Assembly: GCF_009914755.1 (NCBI RefSeq)
Contig: NC_060936.1
Source: the human T2T-CHM13v2.0 reference genome, Homo sapiens
DNA: 64,000 nucleotides
Strand: one strand, 5' to 3'
The translations under genes were made by a program, and so were the position numbers. Under the pieces are notes generated by a model. It saw only the letters and a program-made list of their open reading frames with translations. It did not search any database and was not told the DNA's origin. Of the stretch, positions 42,958-55,768 are shown piece by piece; positions within the stretch are counted from its first letter, which is position 1, and each line of letters starts with the position of its first letter.

Positions 42958-43489
42958 CTGTGGAATAAAAGTTGTAAAGAAATCAGATATGGTTTGTATT
43001 AGGCTAGGAAAATAGATTATTAGCTAACTGAGAGGCCAAATAACCTATAGAGAAAAGGACAAGAAGACTAAAAAAGGTGAAAAAACAAGAAATAGGGAGG
43101 AAAACAAAAGGTGAGAAAATAGACGGTTTAAGGATGGAGAAAGGGGGGAAGAAACTGAATGGTAGGTGATCTATCTTTTCTCATGGGCCACATGTCTGGT
43201 AAAACTCAACCACAACCATTTTCAAACTGACTAGGAAGCATTACCACCTAGTAAATTGCTTGAAGATGAGGGCACTGAGAGGTGACCCTTTCTTTTTAGA
43301 ATATATCAAGGCATAATATGTAGCACAACATCTATTCAAGCCCCTTTCCAACTGTAACATAGTGTAACCCTTAGTGCTTTCTCTCAATCCATTGCCTGTT
43401 GTCAGAAACTTCATTAATCGTGGATGGTGAGGCCCATGCACTAGAATTATACAGCCAGACAGCTGCTTCCCTTGGGCTGAAAGAATCAC

Positions 43490-43573
43490 CTAAAACTGAA
43501 TATGTTGCCCTTGGAGATCCTTCAACCACATTTGAAGGAACATTCAGTGACACCTTTTCAGGTACTCCAGTAT
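43490..43573 (-). pseudogene. A2MP1: A2MP1 exon 23-like
   Basis: DTGVPEKVSLNVPSNVVEGSPRATYSVL; 84 nt. Confidence 0.9.
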
Positions 43574-43701
43574 CTAATGAAAGAAGAAAAACACACATAT
43601 AAAGGAGGGGAAAGTGAGAGAAATGTTCTATTTTTGTTATGAATCATGTTTCTCTACATCATCTAGATCCAACCTTTTATTTTCCTTCGTCATTATATAA
43701 C

Positions 43702-43989
43702 TTTTTTTTTTTTTTTTTTTTTGTGATAGAGTCTCCCTCTGTCACCCAGGCTGAAGAACAGTGGCGTGATCTCACTGCAACCTCTGCTTCCCAGGTTCAA
43801 ATGATTCTTGTGCCTCAGCCACCTAAGTATCTGGGATTACAGGCATGCACCACCACACCTGGCTAATTTCTGTATTTTTTATAGAGACAGAGTTGGCCAG
43901 GCTGGTCTTGAACTTCTGATCTCAAGCGATTTGCCTGCCTCCATCTCCCCAACTGCTGAGATTACAGGTGTGAGTCACCATGCCTGGCT
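43702..43989 (-). mobile_element. AluS in A2MP1 intron 22
   Basis: Diverged Alu dimer with poly(A) tail. Confidence 0.88.
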
Positions 43990-44189
43990 CAGTTATTACA
44001 TAATTTCTTTGATACAATCCAAGTTTCCCTTAAAGCCATGATTCATCTCTCAGTGAAATTCATATTCATCATATACATTTGTGCTAAATTTCTATGGCTT
44101 TTCCTATGGGCATATACTTATGGTATGCTTATTTCCTTCTCTTCATGGTTTATATTAATTCCTGCTACTGTTAGTGCTTTTCAAGAATT

Positions 44190-45310
44190 ACATTCATTCC
44201 ATTCATTTGTATTCAGTGTATACTATGTACCAGGTTCTAAGTGCAATGATACCGAAAGTTTCAAAACAAATTTCCTGGCCTCCTGGAGATTTCATTTTTA
44301 GGGGAAGACTACGATAAAAAAGCAAGAGTATATTTAGTATACTAGATGTTGATAAGTGCTATAGAGAAAATTAAAGCAGGGCAAGTGTTTCTATGGTGAG
44401 CTAGTAAAACAAGGCAGGTCAGGAAGTGGGGAGGGGGCTCCCTATGGAAAAGCTCATTGATAAAAAGTCCTGTGTGAGCAGAGACTTTAAGTAAGTCAAG
44501 GAGCCAGATTTATCCAAACCTGGGGGAAGATACTTCCAGGAAAAAGGAACAAAAAGTAAAAGGACTCCAGAGACTGAAGCATGCTGGGTGTATTCCAATA
44601 GGAAGAAAGAGGTCAGTGTGGCCGGAACGGGTTAAGCGAAGGAGAGATTAGGAAGACGTGAAGTCATGGGGTAGCAAGGGTTTCTAAGTGGCATTAAAAA
44701 CTTACGCTTTAACTTAGGGGGGATATGGGAGATTCCTGAAAGGGTTAGAGAAGAGGAGGGACACGATCTGACACATGTTTTAAAGGATCCCTCTCGCTGA
44801 AGGGGAACAAGAAGAGATGATCAGGAGACCAGTTAGAAAGCTATTGAGAGCCTGCAAGAGAAAGGACTAGAATAGTAGAGATGGAGAGAAGTGGGTAGAT
44901 TCTGGATGCAATTTGAAGGTGGAATCGACTAGATTTGTGCATGGATTGGGTAGGGAAGATAGGGGAAAGAATGTAGTAAAGAACTCCAAAGTGTTTCTCC
45001 CTAGCAAATAGAAGAATGGATTTTTCATCATCTGAGATGAAGGAAATTGAGGGAGGAGCAGGTTTGTGAGGACGAGCAGATACTCAGTCTTAAACTTGCT
45101 GATTTTGATATGCCTATGAGACCTACAAGCCTGTAAGTGGAGAGTGGGCAGTTGAATACATGAGTTTGAGTTCAGGAAAAAGGTGTGGATCAAAGTTGTA
45201 CAGTTTTGGACACAAGTACATAGTTGTTATTAAAGCCATTGACTAGATGATTTTATCAAGGGATCCTCGTATAGAGAAGAGAGATCTGCAGACTGAGCAT
45301 TATCGTCAAG
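44190..45310 (-). mobile_element. L2 LINE 3' portion
   Basis: Begins with the (CATT)n-type L2 terminus and continues as purine-rich L2-like sequence. Confidence 0.7.
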
Positions 45311-45817
45311 ATGATTATAGGTGGCACAGAGTTGGGTTTTTAATGATAATTTAAATAAACTTAAAAAAGTGTTAGCTTTTCCCCTTCTCTTTCAATATAG
45401 TGGTAATTTTTGTATTGCTATATTAATGATATTGGTAAAATACTGGTTTTCTATACAAGTTAGTAACCTGGAGTTCCTCTTAAAATAACTTGTTTAAGTA
45501 AAAACATGAGTGCATTTAAACTGTCAATTGAACAGTAAATCATACTAGTGTCACACAGATATTTCAATATTTTGAACATGGTTTAGGAAGACATTTGAGA
45601 AACACAGAGGTATCAGAAAGAATCCTGTCCTGAGGTCAACAGCCTTAGACCTTATTATTAGGCAAGAGCTTTTAAGCTTTTAAGCAAGTCTTTTATTTCT
45701 CTATGCCCATTTCTTTATTCTTAAAATACAATAATAATAATTTATCCTAAAAAGTACTTTCTATTTATTTCCCTAAGAGGCTCATTCCAAGTGATTTTCA
45801 TCAGAACAATGTTTTTC

Positions 45818-47012
45818 TTTTTTTTTTCTTTTTTTTTTTGCTAGAACAACTCAGCAAAATAAAATTCCTGTTTATTGTTGGACAACATTGTTTCACACAT
45901 ACATCAAACAGGCCAAAAAATAAAAATAAACAGCAACTTCATAGACAAAAAAGGAAAAAAAAGAAACCTTTTATCTTTGGCCTTTTTAACCATCTCATAC
46001 AAACCAACTACTTATAGTACAGCTAAGTACATACACAAAAAAGTTACTGGAATGCTCGGAATAAGATGGTTTTTCTGTTGTCATTTTTGCATTTTTTACA
46101 AGTTTTTTTTTTCTCCTTTGAGATTATAATGAACATGGCCACACCACAAGTAAAGTGAGAAGTAGGACAGAGAACGCTCCGAAGGCTGGTTTGGTCATCC
46201 GAGATCATTAAAAATGGCCGACCCTAACAATATGTACAAAAATATAAAATGTAAATAAAAAATACAAGTTTCCTTTTTAAACTACTTTTAAGAAAAAAAA
46301 AAAGCAGGGCCTTGGAAGTTTTGGTTCTTTTTCCCTCCCCTGTTGCAAATTCTCATGGTTTGGGTTGGGTGGTGGAGAGCGCGTGTCATCTGCGGGTGGC
46401 ACTGCCCACGGTGGGCGGGCGGGCCCCTCTACTCGAAGGTGACCACGTTTAGATTCTGAGACGGGAAGTGGAGGGTGAATAGGTCACGGCGGCCTTTTTT
46501 TTTTAGTTTAACTTTTCCTTTTTTGCCGTCTGGTCATCCTCGTCGGTCTTCTGCTTCTGGGTATCGACATCGTTATCCTCATCATCTTCAGCTGCCCGCT
46601 TGCCCGTAGCTGACTCAGCTCCCTCATCTTCATCTCCATCCTCTTCCTCACCATCACCTTCTTCCTCCCCACCTTCTTCCTCTTCTTCATCTACCTCGTT
46701 GTCAGCCTCCGGCTCCCCATTTTCCTCATTAGCATTCCCGTGAGCAGGGGCGTCTCTTCCATTTTCCGCCTCTTCCACAACTTCCTTCTTCTCCTTTAAG
46801 TCCTCGGTGGTGATTTCGGAGCTGGTGTCTACGGCTGCGTCTGACATGGTGGGGCACGCCGGTGACGCGATGCAGGGGATAAAAAAGAAAGCGACAGTTC
46901 AGGGACTCTGGCGATAAAGCTGCCGGAGTCCGCGGCGGCGGAGGCGGCTGCGGCGAGCAAGGAGGCTGACGACGCACAATGCAAAGACGGCTTTTCAGAG
47001 CAGCCAGTGGGG
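45818..47012 (-). pseudogene. PTMAP4: Processed prothymosin-alpha pseudogene (full-length retrocopy; ORF 46503-46847)
   Basis: Intronless MSDAAVDTSSEITT... with complete 5' and 3' UTRs, AATAAA, poly(A) tail and a 16-bp TSD CAG(A/G)ACAATGTTTTTC (45802-45817 / 47013-47028). The paralogue number comes from recall of the locus. Confidence 0.92.
45983..46067 (-). ncRNA. MIR1244-3: miR-1244 precursor copy in the PTMA-derived 3' UTR
   Basis: Contains AAGTAGTTGGTTTGTATGAGATGGTT (45988-46013), the mature miR-1244 sequence as I recall it. The copy suffix comes from locus recall. Confidence 0.75.
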
Positions 47013-47178
47013 CAGGACAATGTTTTTCATCAAATGTCCTTAGATTTGGAGGAGGGTAAGAGTTGTTTTTTTTTTCTCTCTCTCTCTCAGAGAAAAGCAT
47101 GCCCCCAAAAGACATTCCACAACTGCATACTCTGGCAAGTCACTTAACATGAAATTTTTCTCTATATATTACACTTAC

Positions 47179-47230
47179 CTGATGCACAGGGCAGCGTGTT
47201 GAAAGTTTCCTCCTTTGCTATTCCTTCAGG
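47179..47230 (-). pseudogene. A2MP1: A2MP1 exon 22-like
   Basis: PEGIAKEETFNTLPCAS; 52 nt. Confidence 0.88.
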
Positions 47231-47447
47231 CTTTATATTGACAAAAAAAAAAAAAAAAAGTAAAGCGATACTGAATGTATAAAAGAAAAATTAAACACTT
47301 GAAAGCAAAGGAGAAAATGGTGGTGAAAAATTGGATTGTAGATCTATCCACATTCTTGGGAATTAAATGTCACTGTGAGATGCATGTTAGATAATACTGT
47401 ATGAAATAATAAGGGCTCTGAGACTCACAGAGAGTAGACTTACGTAC

Positions 47448-47569
47448 CTCAACTAGTAAGGCCTTGACTACAGTGTCCTTCTGCGCAAGTGGTGGGACGT
47501 CAGTCAACTCATTGTCATACACTTCCTGAGAATGCATGGCTTCCGCAGTGGCTGTGAAATTCACCTTTC
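47448..47569 (-). pseudogene. A2MP1: A2MP1 exon 21-like
   Basis: GKVNFTATAEA...KDTVVKALLVE; 122 nt. Confidence 0.9.
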
Positions 47570-47769
47570 CTGGGGAATAAAGTTCTTAAGAGTTAAACGG
47601 TGATTCTATATTGAACAGTTTCTTCTTTTCCAGTTTCCCCAGTGTATCCAGTGGTTGTCTTCCTCTTGATTAATATTAAAGGAGGAGAAAAAGTGTGTAT
47701 TGGGGTCAGTGCAGAAAACAAATCATCCAAGCACACGAAGTGGAATTTGCTAATAGCATTACTACTCAC

Positions 47770-47896
47770 CCAGTGACTTCGGAGTCACAACCCAGGACAC
47801 GGTTTTCCGCCCATTTCTACAGACACAGTGAGATTCTTCATTCTTCTCTGTTGGAACAGCCAGGAAAGCGGAAGAGACCTCCAGCTGCACAACGAC
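47770..47896 (-). pseudogene. A2MP1: A2MP1 exon 20-like
   Basis: [14 protein letters not shown]...VTPKSL; 127 nt. Confidence 0.9.
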
Positions 47897-48399
47897 CTGT
47901 CCCCCACACCCAACCACAAGTTTATGAAGGGATGCAGAACAGCATGAATACTGCAAAAGATGCTCTGTGCATCAGGTAAATGGACTGAGGGACAATGTCC
48001 ATGAGTCCAGAGGCGCTGAGAAGCTGTGCAAATATGGTCAGCTCTATCAGACACTTTGTAGTTTAGGTGTTTGAAACAAGAAAATTGAAAAACTGACAGG
48101 AATTAGGATAAGTGTTTAGGATTTAGCCTTGTGCCAACAGAAGAAAGAGGTGTTTAGTGAAAAACATGAAACAATCAGGTGGACATAATGTCTGAATTTA
48201 GGAATACACAGATATAGGAGCCTGAATGAATATAACCTTACCACCTTGGGCCTGTCAGGTACCTTTTCTCTTAGTACCAGGTCTGCTCCAAAATTAGGAT
48301 ATATCATATGCAGTTCTGATTTCCTGGGTTACCTAGGAGACCTGGTAATGAATGGTGACTATCTTCTATTCTCATTCACTTCCAGAGAAGTGTCCTTAC

Positions 48400-48627
48400 C
48401 CGAATGCAGGTGGACAAGCAGTTAAACACAGTGGCTTTGAGTGTGAAGGCTTCTCCTCGCACCACAGAATAAGGAAGGGTGAGTTCTAGGAAGAAAGGCT
48501 GGAAGGCTTGAAGAGACACGATAGGAGAGAGGCCAAACCCTGTGGTTCCAGACAAGCAGAATGCGCTGGCCTTCCACTCTGTGATGGTTTCAGGGACCTG
48601 GTCACCAGCTCACTTATACCTAATGAG
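48400..48627 (-). pseudogene. A2MP1: A2MP1 exon 19-like, with -1 frameshift
   Basis: 228 nt where phase requires 229; SLGISELV then shifted [16 protein letters not shown]...CIR. Confidence 0.9.
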
Positions 48628-49138
48628 CTAGTGAAGGAGCAGAGAAGAGGAGTATAAGCAAATCTTTTTTTTTTTTTTTTAACACAAAGCATGGCTGATC
48701 CTAGAACATGATAACTCAGTAACCTAGTGTGGTAAATGCTAAACTTGATCTAAGGGTTGGTGCTCCTGGTGAGGTTTAAAGTTTTTTTTCTCCCTACCTC
48801 CCTTACTCCCTCCTTCCCTCCCTCCCTTTATTTCTTCCTCTTTTCTTTCATTCTTTCCTTCCTTTTGTTCTTTCTTTCAATCTCCCTCCCCTCCCCTTCC
48901 CTTTCCTTTATTTAAGAGGGCTGGTAGCATCCTACTTTCTATTATCTTAGTTATCAATAGACTAAATTAGAAAAAAAATTAGCATTGTTTAATTATGAGA
49001 TAAATGAACTATAAACCTAAATATTTACCAGAAAAGAGCAGAGCAGAACTAAAAGGATCAGGAATCCAGGATAACATCAGTCATACAGCAGGATTCAAAC
49101 CCTCTCCTAAACTAAATTCCAGGCAACACACAACTTAC

Positions 49139-49280
49139 TCAACTACCACCAAATCCCAGATCCAGGTCTCAGGGAAGTACTTCCGGACTATCTCTTTCAC
49201 TTGCAATATCTGAGGTTCTTCTTCGATCATTGGGTACATTATTTCTACGGCTCCTGGGGGTACACCTCGCAGACCTGGTC
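49139..49280 (-). pseudogene. A2MP1: A2MP1 exon 18-like (bait region, second part)
   Basis: GPGLRGVPPGAVEIMYPM...VRKYFPETWIWDLVVV; 142 nt; GT-AG. Confidence 0.9.
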
Positions 49281-49316
49281 CTGGAAGACAACACACAGGC
49301 CTCAGTGTGAACCTCA

Positions 49317-49459
49317 TTTTTATCATCAATTTCTTATTGCTGCCTTATTTCTCAAATGGAATAAGGTCATACGCTCAGGGAATGTTTATTATTGGAACAA
49401 TTTAACCTACCAGCTTGTTATTTTGTTCACTTTCCTATAAAAAGGCTAATCCTATTTTT
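49317..49459 (+). repeat. 142-bp dispersed direct repeat, copy 1
   Basis: About 90% identical to 55769-55910. Confidence 0.85.
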
Positions 49460-51339
49460 TCTTCAAATAGAATCTAGAGCTAAATATATTTTTCTTTATA
49501 AATAAAAACAAATGACCTGTACATGTACCTCCTGAATCTAAAATAAAAGTTGATTAAAAAAAAACAAATGTAGCTCTCTCTAAGATGATTACTCAACTGG
49601 TGAAGGGAAGGATAAAGAGTAATTTAATACACCAAATATTGCTTTTACACTGAAATTGTGTTCACATGTCTTCTGTTTGCAGTGAGAATCAAACGAGGAA
49701 TGGATATTAGCTAAGCAAGATGATTTCGGGAATGATTTTTTGTTTGTTTGTTTGTTTCGACATTGAATTAATATGGAGACATAAACAATAAGCAACAGGA
49801 TTCAGTAAAGTATGTAGTATAGACAATAGGGAGTCAGGAATGAAAAGACAATCAACTTTAGTTAGGCCGGAAAAGACTTTACCAAAGCGGAACCTAAGAT
49901 GATCATTCATGGATGGGAGGTGGAGGAGAATGGGGAGTTATTCCCAGGAAAGGACTGTGCAAATATATATACAAAGGTGGAAGGGTGCTTCACAGGGATA
50001 GTAAAAATTTACCCTCTAGAGTAGAATGGCTATTTTCAGGGTGTGTTTCCCATAATTAGGTAAACAGAAGGTATAATATATAATAAAACATAAGGCTAGG
50101 ACAAATGAATAAGGTCTGTTAAGTGGGAGTTAGTTAGCTTGATAAAAAAGAAATTGATATTCCAGAAATCAGAAGATATACATATATATAAGATATATAT
50201 AATCTTTACATATTGTTAACATTATCTTAAATATCTTTATTATAATATTATTCTATAATATATCTTCTGATCTCTGGGGCATCACTTTTTAAAGATAATT
50301 ATATACGTGTGTAATTATAAATACATATATGATATATATATAAGATAATAGAGTTAGATGTGCTCTTTCAAAACCTTAAATGCAATAATCTTATGAATTC
50401 TGGAAGTATTGACTATGTTTGAGAAACAAGTGACATGAGAAAAGCAGTGTTTAAGAGTATGCAGGACAGATAGAGGTAAAGAAAAGCTGGAGGCAAGGAA
50501 GTTAAATTAGAATGGTTTTTCAGTAATCTAGTTATGAAATAATGACAGACAGATTAAAGTGCTGTAACTGAAAATGAGAAGGAAGAAAAGGATAAGCAAC
50601 AAATACCAAAAGAAAAATTTGCATAGAATATTACAGAACATTTGGGGTCAAAGTGTAACGATGTACTCTGAGTTTTCAGGTTTTCTGAATCATACCTTTG
50701 TTTCCATTGATCTGTTTTCTCTTAGGTTGGAAAGAAAATACACACTTGGTGAAATGAAAGTCAATTAATCATGCTTTTCAGTTTCTTTTTTTTAAACAAA
50801 CATGCCATTAAAGGAATCATGATTTTTTTTTTTTTCATTTTATGGTCACAATACCTCAATGAGTTTGGTGTTGTCATTCTGACTTCAGATTTAAAGAAAT
50901 TGAGCCTCTAAAAGGTTAAGTGAGTCTGCAAATTTCCAAAGTCACATAGTCATAGCAGATAGGAGTGTGATGAAAAATTGTCCCTTTGTTCTTAACACAG
51001 TGTTCTTTTTTCACTATACAGGATTTTTTTTTTTTCTGGTGAGGAAATATCCTTAATGACTCCTTTGTTTTCAATTAGAACATTACTCCTTGCCTTCCCA
51101 GGCAGTGAATCTGCTGTATTAAAATGTGTTTATTCTTTTTTTTTTTTTTTAACACTTTTTACTGCCATCCTCATTTTTTATTAAAAAGTAAATTTGGTAG
51201 ACATTCAAGCATGCAGAGAAAAATTTCTCTAGGCCTGATGGCAGTAGAAAAGAATTTTGAGTTAGGCCTTTTGCAACATTTCCTGATTTCCAGGTATACT
51301 TGAAACACACAAAGAGACTATGCAGAGGTAGCGTATCTG

Positions 51340-51758
51340 CCAAAAGTTGCATTACTCTCTTTTGCTCAATATTACATAAATCCCTTCTCTTTCCATAAGA
51401 AGATATGACAGAGACAGTTAATATCCACATGAGCCTTCCCATTTCTCAGCCTCCTTTGCATTCAGGGCAGGAACATGGGCGGAAGTGATGTATACCATTC
51501 CCACTCCTGGCTTTAAGAGTCAAGTGCAACCTCCTTCCCCATGGGTATGACCTTGAAAGCCACGTTGGCGATGGCAGAGTCACCAGAGGAAAGCAGACTG
51601 GTTCTCTCTGACTCACTGTTTGGCACGGGGCTGTTCTGGAGAGTGTCTGAACTCACAAGTAGATTTTGTGTGAGCAAAAACCAAACCATTAGGTGCTTAC
51701 CCGCTGAGATGTGGGAGTTTGTTTGTTACTGCCATTGAATCTAATTCTGACTAATTCA
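51340..51758 (+). mobile_element. Old MaLR LTR (MLT1J-like)
   Basis: MLT1-type 3' end (gctgagatgtgggagtttgtttgttactgc...ctgactaattca). Confidence 0.55.
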
Positions 51759-52029
51759 GGTATTGACTCCATCATGGACAAGGAAGATCTAAAATGGCAA
51801 GACTATTAAAAGCAAAAACAAAAAGGTAGTTGATTTTGATGTCAAAGAGAAAATAATAATTGCTTAAAAATCCTCTATTTGAGGAAAAAGTATTATTTGG
51901 GGCTAACTTACCAAGAAGTTGCTGCAGTCTCAAGATCCAATACTTAGAAAAACAGGTTTTCATCTTAAACCAACCCAATAAAGCACCATTTTTCTTCTAT
52001 TCTGTCAGACAAATAAATCACACCTTTAC

Positions 52030-52117
52030 CTCCTATTATGCTGATACGCAATCCTCGTGGTAGACACAAAGTTGGCTTATGGATTTTTGAGTTGGTAAAA
52101 ATATCTAATCCTATGGA
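52030..52117 (-). pseudogene. A2MP1: A2MP1 exon 17-like (bait region, first part)
   Basis: SIGLDIFTNSKIHKPTLCLPRGLRISIIG; 88 nt; phase-1 GTAAAG donor. Confidence 0.82.
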
Positions 52118-53203
52118 CTGAAAAAAGTTGTTAAAGCATAGCGGCAATCCAATCTTGAGACTGTAAGTAGTTTCTTGAATTTGTATTGTACTTTCACTAT
52201 TATGTTACATATAGTTCATACGCTCATCATGAAAATTACACAAAATGAGGAGAGCTATTTATAAATATGAAAACAGAGTCATAGACGGTCAAGTTCATTA
52301 AGCTATTGAGTGAATAGGAGTGGGAATTCAAACCCGTTTCTGATTCTTATTTCTAAATATTGTCTGGTATAATCTAATGCTCCTTAACTCTTTTTTGCAT
52401 CCATAAAACTGAATATTTTAGACTTAGATGTTTTCTTCTCTTCTTTTTCCCCATGAAACAAATATCTATGTCTGTGTATGCATATAAACAGCTCTCCTTA
52501 TGGCTTTATTACAAAGAGCATTTTTTTGCTTGTTTCTTGTCATTTTAAATTGAAGGTTTGCATATCGGAGGTTGTTCTTTACAATCTTAGTAAACTCTGT
52601 TTTGTTTATGTTTTACCAGAAGATATGGCTTTTCCTGAATATCTATGCTTAACTCGTTCCTGTGGTCCTTTCCTCTTTTTTCTCAGTTTCTTTTAGTCGT
52701 CTCAAATGTCTGCATCTAAAACCCACATTCAGATGCCCACGGTTGTCTACAGTCCACCTGTTTCCAGCTTCCCCCTTCTTCAATGTTAGTCACAGATAAA
52801 TATTATTTGCTATTTTATCTCAGAGTATTTGGGAAACTGTGGGACTCTTGAACACAGTTGTCAGTGAGGGTTGTGTACGCAACAGAAAGAAATAAACCAG
52901 AAATAAATATTTAGAGATTAAACAGCTGGTTAATAAACCAAGAAGTATTCTTTTCATCCTTCTACCATCTGATTTGTGATTCCAGAAGGTCCAGAAGAGA
53001 GAGATTTAAATTGCTTTCAGCTAAGCTGTAGACCTCTAGCAGATGAACGACATATTTTCCTGAAGGTATGATGAAAGTTTTTAGTGCTTTTTGATAGTGA
53101 TAAGATTTAATTTCACGACCTGGATAATTCTGCTCAGTTATAGTTAATACTAAAGAATTACATTTTTAAGACATCTTAACATTTCTAATACAAGTTTTGT
53201 TAA

Positions 53204-53641
<438 letters not shown>

Positions 53642-54064
53642 TCATTCAACAAGTGTTTATGGTGCAAATGACTGAGATGATGGCCTCCAACAAGGTGCTC
53701 ACCTTTCCAAGAGTGTCAGACACATTATGGAAAATATTTTGTTTTGGTTTTCTTACATATTGGAATCCCCAAGAGTCACTGAGAGGGGAATACGATGGTG
53801 GTAAGCAGCTTTGGGATCCATTTGGTTAAGGTTTGCAGCCTAAAAGTAAACCACTTTCTATTTAAGGTGGTAGAGAAGTTCATGTGTGAACATCTGTGTG
53901 TCCACAGAGTTATCTGTCTCTGAGATTTCAATATTTTTCTGTTAGTTATCATTTTGTTAGAGGGAGGGGAGAAAAGATCCTAGAGCTTAGAAGTCCATTG
54001 TTTCTCCATCTAAACAGACACGTAGAAATCAGTTTTTGTTATGTTTTTGGGGAAAAAAAATTAC

Positions 54065-54229
54065 CGTGAAGATACTGTAAATGTCATCCCCCTCCAGGAC
54101 TTGCTTCGGTGTGGAAGTGATTCCGCTGTGAGTTGTGTCTTTTGCGTTGTTGCACTCTTCATCATATTCATCCGCAGGACCTCCAGCTCTAAAGGTAAAT
54201 GGACTCTTTACTGGTAGCAAGTTATAGAC
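54065..54229 (-). pseudogene. A2MP1: A2MP1 exon 16-like
   Basis: VYNLLPVKSPF...DDIYSIFT; 165 nt; open. Confidence 0.88.
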
Positions 54230-54849
54230 CTGCAACATGGAGAGAACAAAGGAAATCTCTTTCTTTTTAACAGATTTTAAAATGTGATAATGTCCCTTAG
54301 GAAATTTAAAAGATTATGGTGTTTATTTAACATGTGCATGCTTACATTATGAAAAGCAACACAGAGAATCATGGAGTAATATCAGAGGTCATGGATCCTA
54401 ATTCTTTTGTTGTGCAAAAGAAAGTAATATATAGAGAGATGAAATGAATTGATCAAAATCTCAAAATTCATTTTGGTTGAGTAAAAATAAAACCGTCTCT
54501 ATTTCCCACAAAAAAAAATGCCTACTTTTAAAAGAAAGTAGGAAATGTGGACAGCAGAGGCACATAATGAAAGAATAAAAGCCTCTCACAGCCCCCTCAC
54601 CTAAAATAATCCCCATAAATACTTGATTCATTTCCTTTTTCCATTTCATATGACTAAGGCTGTACCAAGTTTTCTTTTTAGTCTACTGTATTAGGACCAA
54701 GTTTAGCTTAAGAAAAATCTAGGTGCAGGGACAACTGAGAAATAATTCAATTCCAGTTTGGTTTTGCCCAGAGCCAAGTTTAAGGCCATGTGCTCAGGGT
54801 TCAGGTGGCCTTACTATACAGTGTTCAGGCCATTAAACACACCTGCAGA

Positions 54850-55530
54850 CCTTCTAATGTGGCTTCTGTCACTTGTCATCTGTGCTACTGTAATAACTTC
54901 GTAACTGTTCTTGTGCTTTCATTCTTGCTCCCATACTCTTAGCAGCAAATATGATCTTTTTAATAGATTCATCTCAATTGTCCACTCTTCTGTGTAAATT
55001 TCCTCATTGATTTACCATTGCATTTACTATCAACTCCAAACTCCACACCAAGTAAACAGAGCTCGCCATGATCTTCCGTTTTCCATCCTACCTGCAGCCT
55101 CTATCATCCTCCCCTCTCACTGCTACATATTAGGTGATGACCTTTTCCTTTTCAGTACACTCCAAATTCATTCTGACTCAAAACCTTTGGCATGCTGCTT
55201 CCATTTTTTGTAAGCTTGCTCTGGCCTCTCCACTATTCTCCAATGTAAACATTTCAAAATTGCTCAATTATTTCAAAAATTTATCAGCACCTTTATGCTT
55301 GATATCAATACTCCGTTTATTCTTTTCATAGTATTTATAAAAATCTGGAATTATTATATGTTTATATGTTTTTGTTGCTTGCTTGTTTGTTTGTATATCT
55401 CACAAGATTATAAATCAAAACTAGTAAAAGACCAAATCTGGATTGTCCATAATTAATAATCCTGGTCTCAAAACAATGTCCATCTTATAGTCAAGATGCA
55501 ATAAATATTTCTTAAATAAATAAGTGAACC
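54850..55530 (+). mobile_element. L2 fragment
   Basis: Pyrimidine-rich L2-like sequence ending in aataaatattt...gtgaa. Confidence 0.55.
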
Positions 55531-55768
55531 ATGAAGCCAATAAAATATAGGGCTGTTCTGAAATTGCTTCATTGCAAGAGACATTTTTAAAGACAACATT
55601 GAATGGAAATTCTCTTTTGTCCACACTTAAAACCAGTGAGTGAGTGTCTGGATTTTAAGAAAGGCATAAAATTTTTGCATAATTTCTTGAAATTATATTA
55701 GTGGTGGGTTAGGAAGTGGATTTAAAAGAAAAGAAATGAGAATGGAATTCCTCCTTTAAAATGTATTG

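Noticed and set aside
47897-47915. G-rich, pyrimidine-poor acceptor of exon 20-like as a further lesion
   Set aside because: The AG is intact, and without orthologues I cannot tell whether the weak tract is ancestral.
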